Of a stretch of 64,000 nucleotides of DNA, positions 11,078-21,670 are shown one piece after another. The stretch comes from a virus (lineage: Duplodnaviria > Caudoviricetes). The position numbers and the translations under genes were made by a program. The notes under the pieces are model-generated. The model worked only from the letters and a program-made list of their open reading frames with translations. It did no database searches and had not been told where the DNA came from. How positions within the stretch are numbered: position 1 is the first letter of the stretch; each line of letters opens with the position of its first letter. The stretch is from positions 1-64,000 of IMG/VR virus record IMGVR_UViG_3300023283_000076; one strand, written 5' to 3'.

Positions 11078-11308
11078 TCAAGTGCTATTACGAAGAAATT
11101 TGTTTATTTTTTCAAGGCAATCTTCTACTTGAATGTTTGAATCGAACATATATGCATTCTGTCTTGCAGAAGTCCATACAATATGTTTGCCGCATGATTT
11201 AACAAAAAAAGTATCATTGTAAAGAATGTATTTTCCCTTGGACACTTCAATCTTTCGCATTTCGTTCATGAGAGATTCCTTAAAAGAGTTCCAGCAGTTT
11301 AATGTCAT
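11078..11308 (-). CDS. hypothetical protein
   Basis: ORF in a minus-strand run. Confidence 0.45.
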   Translation of the reverse strand: MTLNCWNSFKESLMNEMRKIEVSKGKYILYNDTFFVKSCGKHIVWTSARQNAYMFDSNIQVEDCLEKINKFLRNST

Positions 11309-11819
11309 TAAGCTACGCTGTCAAGCCGTAAGTTCTTGGACACATCAAGATAATTAAAAGTGTGCCCGTTGAGTTTTTTAGTTCTTACCAAATCATCATC
11401 AATAAAACATTGCATCCATTTTGCAGCACGATAATGCAATTGTTCAGCAAGACCCGTACCACGATACTCATCAAAAACATGTATATAATCAGTTTTAGGC
11501 TTATCAACATGATAATCTATATCATGTTGTCATTATCTTTTCATTTTCTTTTCGATCATTGGAATGATATGTTGGAGGATATAATCCGCACCATCCTTGA
11601 TCGAAAACCCCTTAATTAATTTCAATGTGTTATTCTGTTCTTCATAAGACATATTCCCCGCAATACATATAATATTCCATGCACTACCTACAAGAACGCT
11701 ATCTTCAACGGTAGGCAGAAATTGCTCCCATTAGGATAATTATACCCAACCAGAGCTTGAAAGTCAAATATTGCGCAATGGGTCAAGTTCCTTCCATAAT
11801 GCTATTAAGTATGATTCCA

Positions 11820-12014
11820 TTAAACTCTTTTTTCTAGTAGAGCTTTTTCATACTTAGCCTGTTCAAGACGTTGCGCTTCCTTGTTCCCCGTGATGCCCTT
11901 ACTTTCACGTTCATCAGGGTTAGCAGCCTTTCCGCCACGCTTGATGCGTGCATTTACTTGTTCAAGAGCCTGACGGCGACGAGCTTTTTTACGTTCCGGA
12001 AAATTCTTTCTCAT
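11820..12014 (-). CDS. small basic hypothetical protein
   Basis: K/R-rich ORF with RBS. Confidence 0.6.
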   Translation of the reverse strand: MRKNFPERKKARRRQALEQVNARIKRGGKAANPDERESKGITGNKEAQRLEQAKYEKALLEKRV

Positions 12015-12032
12015 TTAATTATCCTTTTGGTT

Positions 12033-12746
12033 TTATGCGTTTTGTTTCAACTGCTTTTTAGCCTTGGAATAATACGTAGATGCTGTACCTTCCTTGACGC
12101 CAATTTCTGATACAATTTTTTCAACCATTTCAGATTTGGGAACATCAAGGTTGCCATCCAGTATGGCCTTAATGCGGTCCATAGTATCGGACGGCTTACG
12201 ACCACATTTTCCAACAGCTTTCAATCCTAGTTCCTTTCGGGCGTTATAGTAATACTGTTTGGCGGTTGTTGTATTCATATCAGGATCAGCTTCCGCTGCC
12301 ATGTCCACAATTTCATCCGCTAATGCATCAGGGTTTTCTTCTACCAAACTTTTGACAAGAGTCTTTCGATTAGTCTTGACCCCAACTTGGGTTTCGTTGG
12401 GTTCAGTTTCAGCTTCATCTTCTTTTTCGGGCATATTATCTGTTAGCTTATTAGTAGATTCTGTAGCCTTCTGTATCGCAGCATCAATTTCAGCCTGACT
12501 GATTTGATCAAGATCATTTTCAAAGGCATCAACTAGAGCATAACTTAGTGCCAAACTTTGCACTTGTTCATTATCATCAATTCTGATGGCTTCATCACCG
12601 CTAAGTTCTTCTACAATAGTCCACAGATCACCTACATCCATACTACCCAACTGAGAAACCAAATCCTCGGAATCCAGTTCATTTTCGTTGATAGTTAAAC
12701 CATGATTTTTTAGTGTTTCTAGTGTTTGTGTTTGCATTTTCATCAC
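12033..12746 (-). CDS. putative DNA-binding protein with two tandem HTH-like units; paralogue of 4911..5645
   Basis: TAKQYYYNARKEL and TASTYYSKAKKQL units; shared N-terminal domain. Confidence 0.65.
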   Translation of the reverse strand: MMKMQTQTLETLKNHGLTINENELDSEDLVSQLGSMDVGDLWTIVEELSGDEAIRIDDNEQVQSLALSYALVDAFENDLDQISQAEIDAAIQKATESTNKLTDNMPEKEDEAETEPNETQVGVKTNRKTLVKSLVEENPDALADEIVDMAAEADPDMNTTTAKQYYYNARKELGLKAVGKCGRKPSDTMDRIKAILDGNLDVPKSEMVEKIVSEIGVKEGTASTYYSKAKKQLKQNA

Positions 12747-12824
12747 TCCTATGTTGTATTATGTGATTTTTTAACTATACCTTTAAATTTGAGTTTTGTC
12801 AAGTAGTTATTAAAATATTCTTGA

Positions 12825-13022
12825 CTACCATGCCTTACAATCTTCATCCCAATCATAATCACAAGGTACATCAAGACTATCAATGGTAGCAAATTCAACA
12901 TCTTGGCGAGCATTCTTGATACTCTTTACAGTACCATTTGCAATTTGTTCGTTTTTGCATGACACTGTTCCTCTAATTTTTTCACCTGTATTTGTATACA
13001 GTGTATATCCATATTCTTTCAT
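12825..13022 (-). CDS. hypothetical protein
   Basis: ORF with RBS. Confidence 0.5.
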   Translation of the reverse strand: MKEYGYTLYTNTGEKIRGTVSCKNEQIANGTVKSIKNARQDVEFATIDSLDVPCDYDWDEDCKAW

Positions 13023-13033
13023 AAGCTTTTCCG

Positions 13034-13243
13034 TTATTTAAAAGTTTTCAGCCATTCTATTATAGGTGAGGAAAAATAATATTGTTTTGTATTATCCTCA
13101 CTGCAAATTTTACCCTCTTTGATAGCATCATTTAACGAGATTTCGTGCTCATAATCATATATGTTATGTTTAACATTCACGATATTGTTAATTCTAACAT
13201 GCACTGTAACAATATTACCATAAAAAGTTCTTTCGTCAAACAT
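13034..13243 (-). CDS. hypothetical protein
   Basis: ORF with GAGG RBS. Confidence 0.5.
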   Translation of the reverse strand: MFDERTFYGNIVTVHVRINNIVNVKHNIYDYEHEISLNDAIKEGKICSEDNTKQYYFSSPIIEWLKTFK

Positions 13244-13357
13244 CTATCTATCCTCGGTTATAATTATCAAGTATTACATGTTTTTGAGGAATTTTAAACA
13301 TTAAATCAAATTCAATAAGAATTGTTCCAATATGTTTATTAGTAAGTTTTTTCGCTT

Positions 13358-13729
13358 TTATAAATTGTGCCCTGCTTGCATAATTTCGTGTACGATTAAA
13401 TGTATTTCCACTTTCAATAAGGTCATCAATAAAAAAATAGCAGCTTTATTATATCTTTGGCTATTCTCGCTCCATTCAACTATTGAGTCGTTATGATTGT
13501 TATCATTTTCTTTACGTACATAGATCATATGCGCAACAATATCATAATCGCAATATAAATAATGAGCTAATGCTGTTGCTGTAGCTATCCCGGACATTCC
13601 AGAATAAATGAAAACAATATCACACTTATTTTCTTTTTGATATGTATTTAATTTATACGCTGCTTCTTTACATAGCGCTTGCATTTTATTTAAATCAAAT
13701 GCTAGTGAATAGTGTGTTCCAGCACTCAT
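13358..13729 (-). CDS. type I phosphoribosyltransferase-like protein, frameshifted at A7 run 13431-13437
   Basis: SGMSGIA and YVRKE motifs; one added base gives IFFIDDLIESGNT, the PRPP-binding loop. Confidence 0.65.
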   Translation of the reverse strand: MSAGTHYSLAFDLNKMQALCKEAAYKLNTYQKENKCDIVFIYSGMSGIATATALAHYLYCDYDIVAHMIYVRKENDNNHNDSIVEWSENSQRYNKAAIFLLMTLLKVEIHLIVHEIMQAGHNL

Positions 13730-13766
13730 TTACTTTCCTGTTTGTATATTGTAAAACCAAATCATA

Positions 13767-14570
13767 TCAAATTAAAACTAAATTGTCAAGAGTTGTATCA
13801 TGAATAACTACCAATTTACCAGCTTGATTAGTTCCCGGTAATGGTACCATGGCGTTGTTGTTAAATTTACATTCCCCGCCAAGCCCTTTGAGTTCTTTAT
13901 GAATGTTTCCTATCAGTTTATGCAATGGAATATTCATCGGTTTCGTGTTAAGATCGCTCCGTTTCACTAAAAGATGAACACCACCCTGAGTCTTGATTCT
14001 TACATTATTGATAGAATGCATGAATAAAGGATTAGCTATCGATGCAGAATATCGCAATGCGGTTTCTTCATCAAGTGCATCAATATCAATATCTATATCC
14101 ACCCATTCCTTTCTTGAAGAGGATTTTTGTATATGATTCATCAACTTAGTACGCATTCCTAAGAATGGATGGTAATGTGGATTCGAGCCCTTCATCAATG
14201 ATTTAACGATTTCATCGTAATGTGCGTTCATTTGATCTTTGAATGAAGTATACGCTCTGGTCATTGAAGAAGGATGAATATTAAAGTATACTACCAATGC
14301 TTTCTCTGGAATACGATGACCACTACGAGTAGTCTTTACTTCTAGTTCGGCTTCCATCTTCTTGATAGCGTATTCGATGCCTTCCTTATCATGTGCAATA
14401 TGGCGGGAAAACATTTCAGTTCTGCTGAGAGAATAGGCTTCACGTTCATCTTCGGTCAGATACTTATTACGTGCTGACAATGAAAGAAAATATACTTCGT
14501 CACGCTCCAACTCTGGAAGGAATTTAACGAAAGTATCGTACATTTCTCGGTTTTTGATTAGTGTCATCAT
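13767..14570 (-). CDS. conserved phage protein, possibly AEP-like fold
   Basis: WVDIDID and KTQGGVH resemble DxD and GxH motifs; fold is inference. Confidence 0.5.
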   Translation of the reverse strand: MMTLIKNREMYDTFVKFLPELERDEVYFLSLSARNKYLTEDEREAYSLSRTEMFSRHIAHDKEGIEYAIKKMEAELEVKTTRSGHRIPEKALVVYFNIHPSSMTRAYTSFKDQMNAHYDEIVKSLMKGSNPHYHPFLGMRTKLMNHIQKSSSRKEWVDIDIDIDALDEETALRYSASIANPLFMHSINNVRIKTQGGVHLLVKRSDLNTKPMNIPLHKLIGNIHKELKGLGGECKFNNNAMVPLPGTNQAGKLVVIHDTTLDNLVLI

Positions 14571-14689
14571 GGTTTCAATATACCATCATTTTCGTAAATG
14601 TCAAGAAAAACTTACATTATGTCGAAAAAGAAACAGGGGGCTAGCCCCCTGTTTCATTATTATATTGACTACCGTTCAATTGATCTAGC

Positions 14690-15279
14690 GGTTAACCGTC
14701 ACATTAACATTCGATTCACCAGCTTGAGTAACCCTGTTGGTCTCATAATCAACATTAACTGGATAATACGGATATGCAGTAACCTTGGTTTCAACGTATA
14801 CTGGATTTAACGATCCCGCGCTACCCACACAGAATACCCACGTAGCTGCCGTATTCTTACTGGCGAAGATACCATTAGGTTCAGCTTGTTCAATTGTGGC
14901 TAGAGATTCAGAAGGTATCGTTTGTCAGCCGCTTGAGCCGTAGCTCGCTGTGGATTGGTCAAAGAAGTATCATACAGAATGCCATATCCAATAGACGGAC
15001 AATCACCTTCAACCATTCCATGATTACTGCGCCATACACTATGAGTAGCGTAGATTGCTTCTTTCACGTTCTGAAAGATTGTTGTTTCGAAGTTGGGAAT
15101 TAATTTCAGTCAACTGTGCTTCATATGTAGCGATGGCGGTCTTTCGTGCTTCATTATATTGAAAACTATTTTCAAATACTTCTCTCTCCACCACCTTTTC
15201 ACCGATCAATCCGGCAGATGATAGATGCCATTGCGGTAAAAATCCAACGTGTTGCGCTCCATTCTTCAATTGATTTCAT
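14690..15279 (-). pseudogene. disrupted pair of phage envelope/lipoprotein-like genes
   Basis: Coding-like blocks (VEREVFENSFQY; EPNGIF..TAATW..PVYVETKV) lie in shifting frames. Confidence 0.45.
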
Positions 15280-15309
15280 ATTCCACCACCCTCTTAAAAT
15301 ACAGTATCA

Positions 15310-15985
15310 TTGAAATTGAAATAGCAGTCTCCACGCGGGCCGCGCTTCACAGACTGCTACAAGCGCCCTTGCTATGTGCCCTGAATTTGATTTTTCGGAG
15401 TTTCTCGTCTCCTAGCCTAACTCGTCTAGAACAAGGTTTGCACGTTATCTACAAAAACCGGTCACACTACGCTGCCTTGTCGCCAAGGGCATTGGGTCGC
15501 TCTCCCAACCTGCCAGTTATCGTTTTCCAGTTAATCTCGCGCTCACTGTGTTTTATAAAGTCTCTGCGAGACTGAGACTATATGTTGACTGCTAAGACGG
15601 CAGCCTCGCCCTGTAGATACGTGATGATATTACCCTACAGCCAGCAATATCTCGTTCAATCTCAAGTACAAAGCCCGATTGAATTACGGCTTGTTGAAGA
15701 TAAGACTATAAGATTTCATCACTACTTACAGTCAAAAACTTTGGTCGGTGTAACGAATTATAAGGTGTTCTTGATGAACCAACCAAATATTAAAAAATTC
15801 CCGCCTCGGAGGTAGCTTAGGCTCTACCGCACACTCTAGGTGTGTTGCCTTTTCAGCTTTGGGCCTCTTTATGTTTCATATCCGATATTTAGATCGGGCT
15901 GGAAACATGAAGTAATCGTTAAACAGGTGCCGATTAACTATTCGGTTAGGGTGTCGAACCTTCACTCTGAAACGACCACTTGCAA
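15310..15985 (-). ncRNA. candidate large structured RNA (ROOL/GOLLD class)
   Basis: No credible ORF, GC-richer, many hairpins, promoter at 15989-16016, terminal 9-bp stem 15322-15359. Confidence 0.45.
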
Positions 15986-16128
15986 CCTATTATACATATC
16001 TCATTCCATTTGTCAAGCGTTAATTCGGTTTAATTGCATCCACCGCTTTTACATTATATACATGAAGTTCATCACCCCCTTCTCGGTTGTCCATTTTTTC
16101 CTCCAATGAACTTTCTATGTATTAAAAT

Positions 16129-16205
16129 TGGTGGGTCTGGTGAGACTCGAACTCACAACCAATGGATTAAAAGTCCACTGCGCTAACCAATTGCGCCACA
16201 GACCC
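16129..16205 (-). tRNA. tRNA-Lys(UUU)
   Basis: Full cloverleaf, CT-TTT-AA loop, encoded CCA. Confidence 0.95.
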
Positions 16206-16218
16206 AGAGATTAAAATT

Positions 16219-16349
16219 GAACAAACTAGGCTAGGGATTGACAATTACCTAGCGGGGCAACGTGATAGGCGCTATCCTATCATTCTAACCGGCATTACCT
16301 CCGGACCCTGTATCGTTGCAGAGTTTCTAATTCTGCGTCTAATTTGTTC
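16219..16349 (-). ncRNA. putative multi-branch small RNA
   Basis: 11-bp closing stem enclosing four hairpins. Confidence 0.45.
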
Positions 16350-16496
16350 TTCATGAGTTTTATTTTAAGTCTTCCAAATTTGGCCTATAGGGTTTTCCCC
16401 ACGATGATCTCATACACCGTTTTCCCTCTGACGCTCAGGAACTACTTTATTTATACTTAGTATTATATCTGAAAAAACATATATGTCAAGCGGTTT

Positions 16497-16664
16497 TTAG
16501 AGATTTACATCCATCACTTCTCGTTCAATCTTCTTCTTAGCGTTCTGCTGCTCACGACGCTTAATCATACGATCATGCTTCTTCCGATGCTTAGGGGCAG
16601 GACCACAGCAAGTACAGTTACGACCACCCGGACCATAAAGAGAAATCTTCTTGTACGTGTTCAT
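16497..16664 (-). CDS. small basic Cys-containing protein (55 aa, not in the ORF track)
   Basis: MNTYKKISLYGPGGRNCTCCGPAPKHRKK..., read by hand. Confidence 0.65.
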   Translation of the reverse strand: MNTYKKISLYGPGGRNCTCCGPAPKHRKKHDRMIKRREQQNAKKKIEREVMDVNL

Positions 16665-17549
16665 TTGATTTCCATTCTTATTCGATTTAGTGCATTCTAC
16701 CGAACTTCTATTTAGAAATCAAGAAAAATTTTATAATTAATTTTCTTGACAATAGGTTCAATCTATGGTAAAGGCTCTAGAGTAGGAAAAATAAAAGTCC
16801 CGAATAACCGGACCTTTTCTCCTATAGGTGAAAAGAAAAAAGGGTTAATATATCATTTAAGGGGCTGTCCATCCCCAGCTTTTTATAGGTGCTGATATAC
16901 CGCCCATTTTTTCTTCTTTATATGTTTAAAAAACAAGACTGGTGGCAAATCAATTAACGACCTTTGCTCTTACTCATCGGGACGGTCATGCGAGGACCAG
17001 TCTTGTAGTCTATTAACGAGAATTTTTTTGGGCCGGTCGCTTGGCGTCCGACTCACAATATCTTTGTCACCATCACCGGATCAGCATGGCCGATACTGTA
17101 GGGTTGCCCCACGATGTACTCTTGTCCACCGTTTTTGTCATCGGTATTTGCAAACGTGATTTATCATCACAACTACAGTCTAAACTATTTATCAAGGATT
17201 GTCAAGACTTTTTTAGACAATATTTCTAATCATTTGTTCCTTACGTCTTTCTATTCTCTCAATACGAGAATCATAATCTTCATTAGCGATAGACGGTGTT
17301 GCATTAATTGCTTCCTGTTCAATTGTCAGTGCCAAGAATTCAAGTGTATCTATCATTGTGTTATTCCTCCTCATCCCATTGTTCTAAGAAAGTTTGAATG
17401 TTTTGACTTTCCCGCTGCCAGCGATTTACATAATACTGCAACCTTTCTAATGATTCCTTATCAAGGAACGTATCACTAGAAAATACAGCAGAATCGAGTT
17501 CATCCAATAATTGTTCTGTATGTTTGTCCATAAATGATATTGTGCGCTA

Positions 17550-18932
17550 TTATGTTCTGCGAAACAAGAGTATATTCAAAAATTCTCTCTTGAACCTTGT
17601 ACCGAAACTTTCAGGTTCAGGTTCGGGTTCGGGGTCGGGTTCGGGTTCGGGTTCCACATAATCATTTGTATCACGTTCAATTATTGGCTCCGGTTCAGGT
17701 TCAGACTTTGCATATTTTTCCTGTAATGAATCATTATTAACGATAGTCATCCTTTCGTCATCAGTGATAGAACCGATACGGCATTGTGGCGGTGAAATAA
17801 TTGTACGCTGGACTGGTTGCGGAATACCCTTGTCATCCAACATCGATGTTAATGCTTCACCTACACCCAAACGAGTAATAATATCACTAACATTGATATT
17901 AGGATTATCCACAAACGTCTCAGCAGCCGCTCTAACGGCTTTTTGATCTCTTGGAGTGAATGCCCTTAGTGCATGTTGAACACGGTTGCCAAGCTGTCCT
18001 AAGACAGTCTCAGGTATATCGTCAGGGTTCTGCGAACAAAAGTATACGCCTACACCCTTGGAACGGATCAATCTTACTACCTGTTCAACTCTGCGAAGCA
18101 ATGCACCCGAGCAATCATCGAACAACAAGTGAGCTTCATCAAAAAAGAATACCAACCTAGGCTTGTCAACATCACCAATTTCTGGCATCTTATCGAATAA
18201 CTCTGACAATAACCAAAGCAAAAAGGTGGAATACATTCTAGGCCGAAGTATAAGACTTTCAGCAGAAAGAATATTGATAACACCCTTGCCATTTTGTTCA
18301 CGCATGAAATCAGACAACTCTAATGCAGGAGTACCAAAGAAATTATCAATGCCATCATTTTCCAGTGTGAGTAATCGACGCTGGATGACTCCGATACTAT
18401 TGGCGCTTATTAGTCCATATTCGGTACTGATAGACTCACGATTCTGCGCCATATGACTCAACAGTTTACGAAAATCTGTGAGAGTCTCAAAGGGCATACC
18501 ACGTTCTCTTGCATAATGATATACAACATCAAGTACACCCTCTTGAGCATCACTAACATCAAGCATTCTTGCCATCAATGTCGCACCGATGCTTTCTACG
18601 CTTGTTCGGATAGGATTACCAATCTTATCCCATAAATCCCAAAAGGATACCGGATTACTTGAAAAGTCAAAAGCATCAAGACCAATTTTTTCAGCACGGC
18701 CACGAATCTTTTGATTATCCTCACCTTGCATTGCCAAACCTGCCATATCACCCTTAACGTCAGCCATGAATACCGGTACTCCCATACGGGAAAAACCTTC
18801 GGCCAACATCATCAGGGTTACCGTCTTGCCAGTACCTGTAGCGCCAGCAACTAGACCATGACGATTAGCATACTTGCCAAGCAAATGTACTTGGGATTCG
18901 TCGCCTTTTCCTATTAGGATAGTATCATTCAT
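17550..18932 (-). CDS. HerA-like/DUF853 (YjgR-family) P-loop ATPase
   Basis: RHGLVAGATGTGKT, FFFDEAH, LIRSKGVGV and QLGNRVQHALRAFTP; PE-rich tail. Confidence 0.9.
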   Translation of the reverse strand: MNDTILIGKGDESQVHLLGKYANRHGLVAGATGTGKTVTLMMLAEGFSRMGVPVFMADVKGDMAGLAMQGEDNQKIRGRAEKIGLDAFDFSSNPVSFWDLWDKIGNPIRTSVESIGATLMARMLDVSDAQEGVLDVVYHYARERGMPFETLTDFRKLLSHMAQNRESISTEYGLISANSIGVIQRRLLTLENDGIDNFFGTPALELSDFMREQNGKGVINILSAESLILRPRMYSTFLLWLLSELFDKMPEIGDVDKPRLVFFFDEAHLLFDDCSGALLRRVEQVVRLIRSKGVGVYFCSQNPDDIPETVLGQLGNRVQHALRAFTPRDQKAVRAAAETFVDNPNINVSDIITRLGVGEALTSMLDDKGIPQPVQRTIISPPQCRIGSITDDERMTIVNNDSLQEKYAKSEPEPEPIIERDTNDYVEPEPEPDPEPEPEPESFGTRFKREFLNILLFRRT

Positions 18933-18974
18933 AGTGGTAGTATCGCATATGAGAAAACAATTGTCAACTGTTTT

Positions 18975-19172
18975 TTATGGGTCCACACATTCAACGGTAA
19001 CAAAACTAAACGTTTTATGTACGTACATGACTTTGCCTTGTTTTATACAGCTACACACAACGGCATCGTATGCTTCTGGACCGGAATCTTCAACGCATCC
19101 GGCAATAAGTAGAACACACACTAGTACAAAAATCTTTTTCATCATTGATTTCTTTATTAAAACTCTTGACAT
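18975..19172 (-). CDS. putative lipoprotein
   Basis: MKK-hydrophobic-LIAGC lipobox. Confidence 0.6.
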   Translation of the reverse strand: MSRVLIKKSMMKKIFVLVCVLLIAGCVEDSGPEAYDAVVCSCIKQGKVMYVHKTFSFVTVECVDP

Positions 19173-19793
19173 ATTACCATAGGATACTCAACAAACCAAT
19201 TAAAAAAACTCTTGACATTATTTAAAATACATGATAAAGGCTCTACGGTAGGGATAAGAATTATCTTATCCCTTTTTTCGAGAGAATATTAGAGTTTCTT
19301 TATTTTTTCGCGATGAATACTGGAAGTTTCTCCACAAGACCATTGAACTATTGGAATTGTATGAATTTTTTCTTGCATACAGAAAGCTCTACGCCTCTTG
19401 CATTATTCGTGATTCCAACAACCATACCTACTCCACCATAATCACTTTCAACCAAAATACCGTATTGACATTGATTCAATTTTATTTATTTCTCCCTTAC
19501 TTTGAGTATGAGTTTAGCACCTGCAATCATCCCTGTAACAAAGATTACTGCAATTGCCGAGAGTACGTTTAAGAGTTCTAGTATCATAGTTTTTCCAGCC
19601 CATGCATCAAAGAGTATGTATTTCGCTCATTCATTTGTTAATCCTCATGTTCTATAATTAAAGAAAGCTATTTACCAATGCATTGATAAGATTTACAACG
19701 TCCTATACAAAGTTTTTGGAGTGCCGTCAGTCTAAGTGTTCAGAAATGAGTCAGCCGATTAACGACTGACTCTTAGAGTATCCCGGCAGACTT

Positions 19794-20540
19794 TTACCGA
19801 ATGAACAAGTCTGCCGGGATACTTTCAACCTGTTCAGGCAGGAACTCCGTCTTGTCCAGTACAAGCCTGTCGAAGTTATCTTCTTTCAGTGAAAGGGTTT
19901 TGAGACCAACTGACCGAAGATTCATAGTAGACTTGATCGCATTAGAAATAAGCACTGGAGCGCCAGAATTGACCGTCTTGTACTCGCCCGGTTCGATTAC
20001 CTTACGCCTGATTTCGAGAATCGTCAGCATGATAGATTCTACAACAGGCAAACCGTTAATCATAATCGGCTGGCGAATGCCATCATCATCCTTTTCGGTG
20101 CGATAATGAACCTTCACACCTTGACCGATGTTGCAGTAGCAACGATCATGTGCTTGTCGATGTGCGTCACTACGGTCACCATCAAGAGACTTCTGATAAC
20201 TGGCAATTTCCTTTTGACGGCGAGTGTTGAACAATTCCCTGCGCTCATCTTCTGTCAGTTTCGTCAGCTTCGGATTGTCTGGAAGATTATCAGCAATATC
20301 GTCATAGCTGATAGATTCCAATGCCGCAATCCGACGCCTATAAAGACGTTCAGTAGAGAATGCAGTAAGAAACTGAATATCAGCCGTTTCAGGCTTTACA
20401 CGGCCCGATTTCATTGTGTAACCATGAACGGTGCCAATACCACCTTTAACAATGGTTTCCAGCTTTCTCAATGTCTCCTGTTGTGCTTCAGTGCAACGAA
20501 ACTTACAACCAGACTCAGATTCATATACGACAAATTTCAT
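19794..20540 (-). CDS. conserved hypothetical protein
   Basis: 248-aa ORF with GGAG RBS and TTGACA-N17-TATACT promoter. Confidence 0.8.
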   Translation of the reverse strand: MKFVVYESESGCKFRCTEAQQETLRKLETIVKGGIGTVHGYTMKSGRVKPETADIQFLTAFSTERLYRRRIAALESISYDDIADNLPDNPKLTKLTEDERRELFNTRRQKEIASYQKSLDGDRSDAHRQAHDRCYCNIGQGVKVHYRTEKDDDGIRQPIMINGLPVVESIMLTILEIRRKVIEPGEYKTVNSGAPVLISNAIKSTMNLRSVGLKTLSLKEDNFDRLVLDKTEFLPEQVESIPADLFIR

Positions 20541-20924
20541 GCTTAGCTCCTATTTTACGGTTTATGATAAATAGTATAATCTACGAAATTCGTTATGTCA
20601 ATGAATTATTAAAAATATGCTTCCGAATTTTTTTGAAACAACTCTATGCCCTACGGGATTTCATACCACTTAGGGTATGTTTCCTTGGTTAGCCGGGACA
20701 CATAGTGTAGCATAAAGGTTAATGAAATGTAAAAGTTTTTAATCCCTATCCTAGGACCTTTATCATATATTCAAATCAATGTCAACCCCCTTGCATAAAT
20801 TTTTTTTCCTGTTACACTATAGGGTGAAATGTACGATTGAGTTAATGCGAATTAGTCGTATTCGTAAATTAAATTTTAGTTTTTAACAAATGCGAGTGAT
20901 TATCATTTTAGAAACGGAAAATAC

Positions 20925-21326
20925 ATGGTTAGCAGAGAACAATGCCAGTACAGTAAAGCGCTGGATAAATTAAAAACAAAAGAATGCGCCAAATGTAATG
21001 GTGCAGGCTACATTGATGACATAGACCCCAAAGATATGTTTTACAATGTGTGGGAATGCTCCGAATGTATCGGAACAGGATATGGCATAATTCTCCCAAG
21101 ACCCGATGCAGATAAAGCATTGAAGGAAATGATCAAAACTCTTACACCAGCGTTTATGAAAGATAAAGCATTAAACGAGGTTGAAAAATTTTTTCTTGTA
21201 ATACCAGCTAGTGAAGTTATTTTTAGAGATTATGAAAAAGGAATCCTAATTTTAAATTTGTTTAATGATATCGTAATATGTATCAAGCAAGATGGGTTTG
21301 CATGGATAGAATATGAAAACCCCTAA
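20925..21326 (+). CDS. protein with DnaJ-type zinc-finger repeats
   Basis: CAKCNGAG and CSECIGTG. Confidence 0.65.
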   Translation: MVSREQCQYSKALDKLKTKECAKCNGAGYIDDIDPKDMFYNVWECSECIGTGYGIILPRPDADKALKEMIKTLTPAFMKDKALNEVEKFFLVIPASEVIFRDYEKGILILNLFNDIVICIKQDGFAWIEYENP

Positions 21327-21436
21327 CGCATACGTTAGGGAATTGACAGCCTCACCCCATGCTTGTACACTTAATCAATATTTAAGAGTAATATAAACCC
21401 TAAATATATAAATCGTAAAATAAAAGGATTTTAAAT

Positions 21437-21670
21437 ATGAAAAGAATTGTACGCAAGAGACAAAACACTACTAAAAAGTACACGTTTCATTCATATGGAA
21501 CGCATTTTTCTTTTGATCCATGTAGAATTATTTCGGATGATCGAATTATTAATGAAGCCAAGATGTTTGAATCTGTTCAAATGTTAGATTTTTACAAACA
21601 AGAAGTAAAAATGGCGAATTCTCCTCATGTATACATTCTGGATTATATGGGAAATGAAATCTCGCCGTAG
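21437..21670 (+). CDS. hypothetical protein
   Basis: ORF with AAGGA RBS. Confidence 0.55.
   Translation: MKRIVRKRQNTTKKYTFHSYGTHFSFDPCRIISDDRIINEAKMFESVQMLDFYKQEVKMANSPHVYILDYMGNEISP

Noticed and set aside
16940-17000. Hammerhead ribozyme (GATGAG...AAAGGTC with GACC-GTC)
   Set aside because: Lacks an intact CUGANGA/GAAA core and stem I; the candidate at 57187-57210 also fails.
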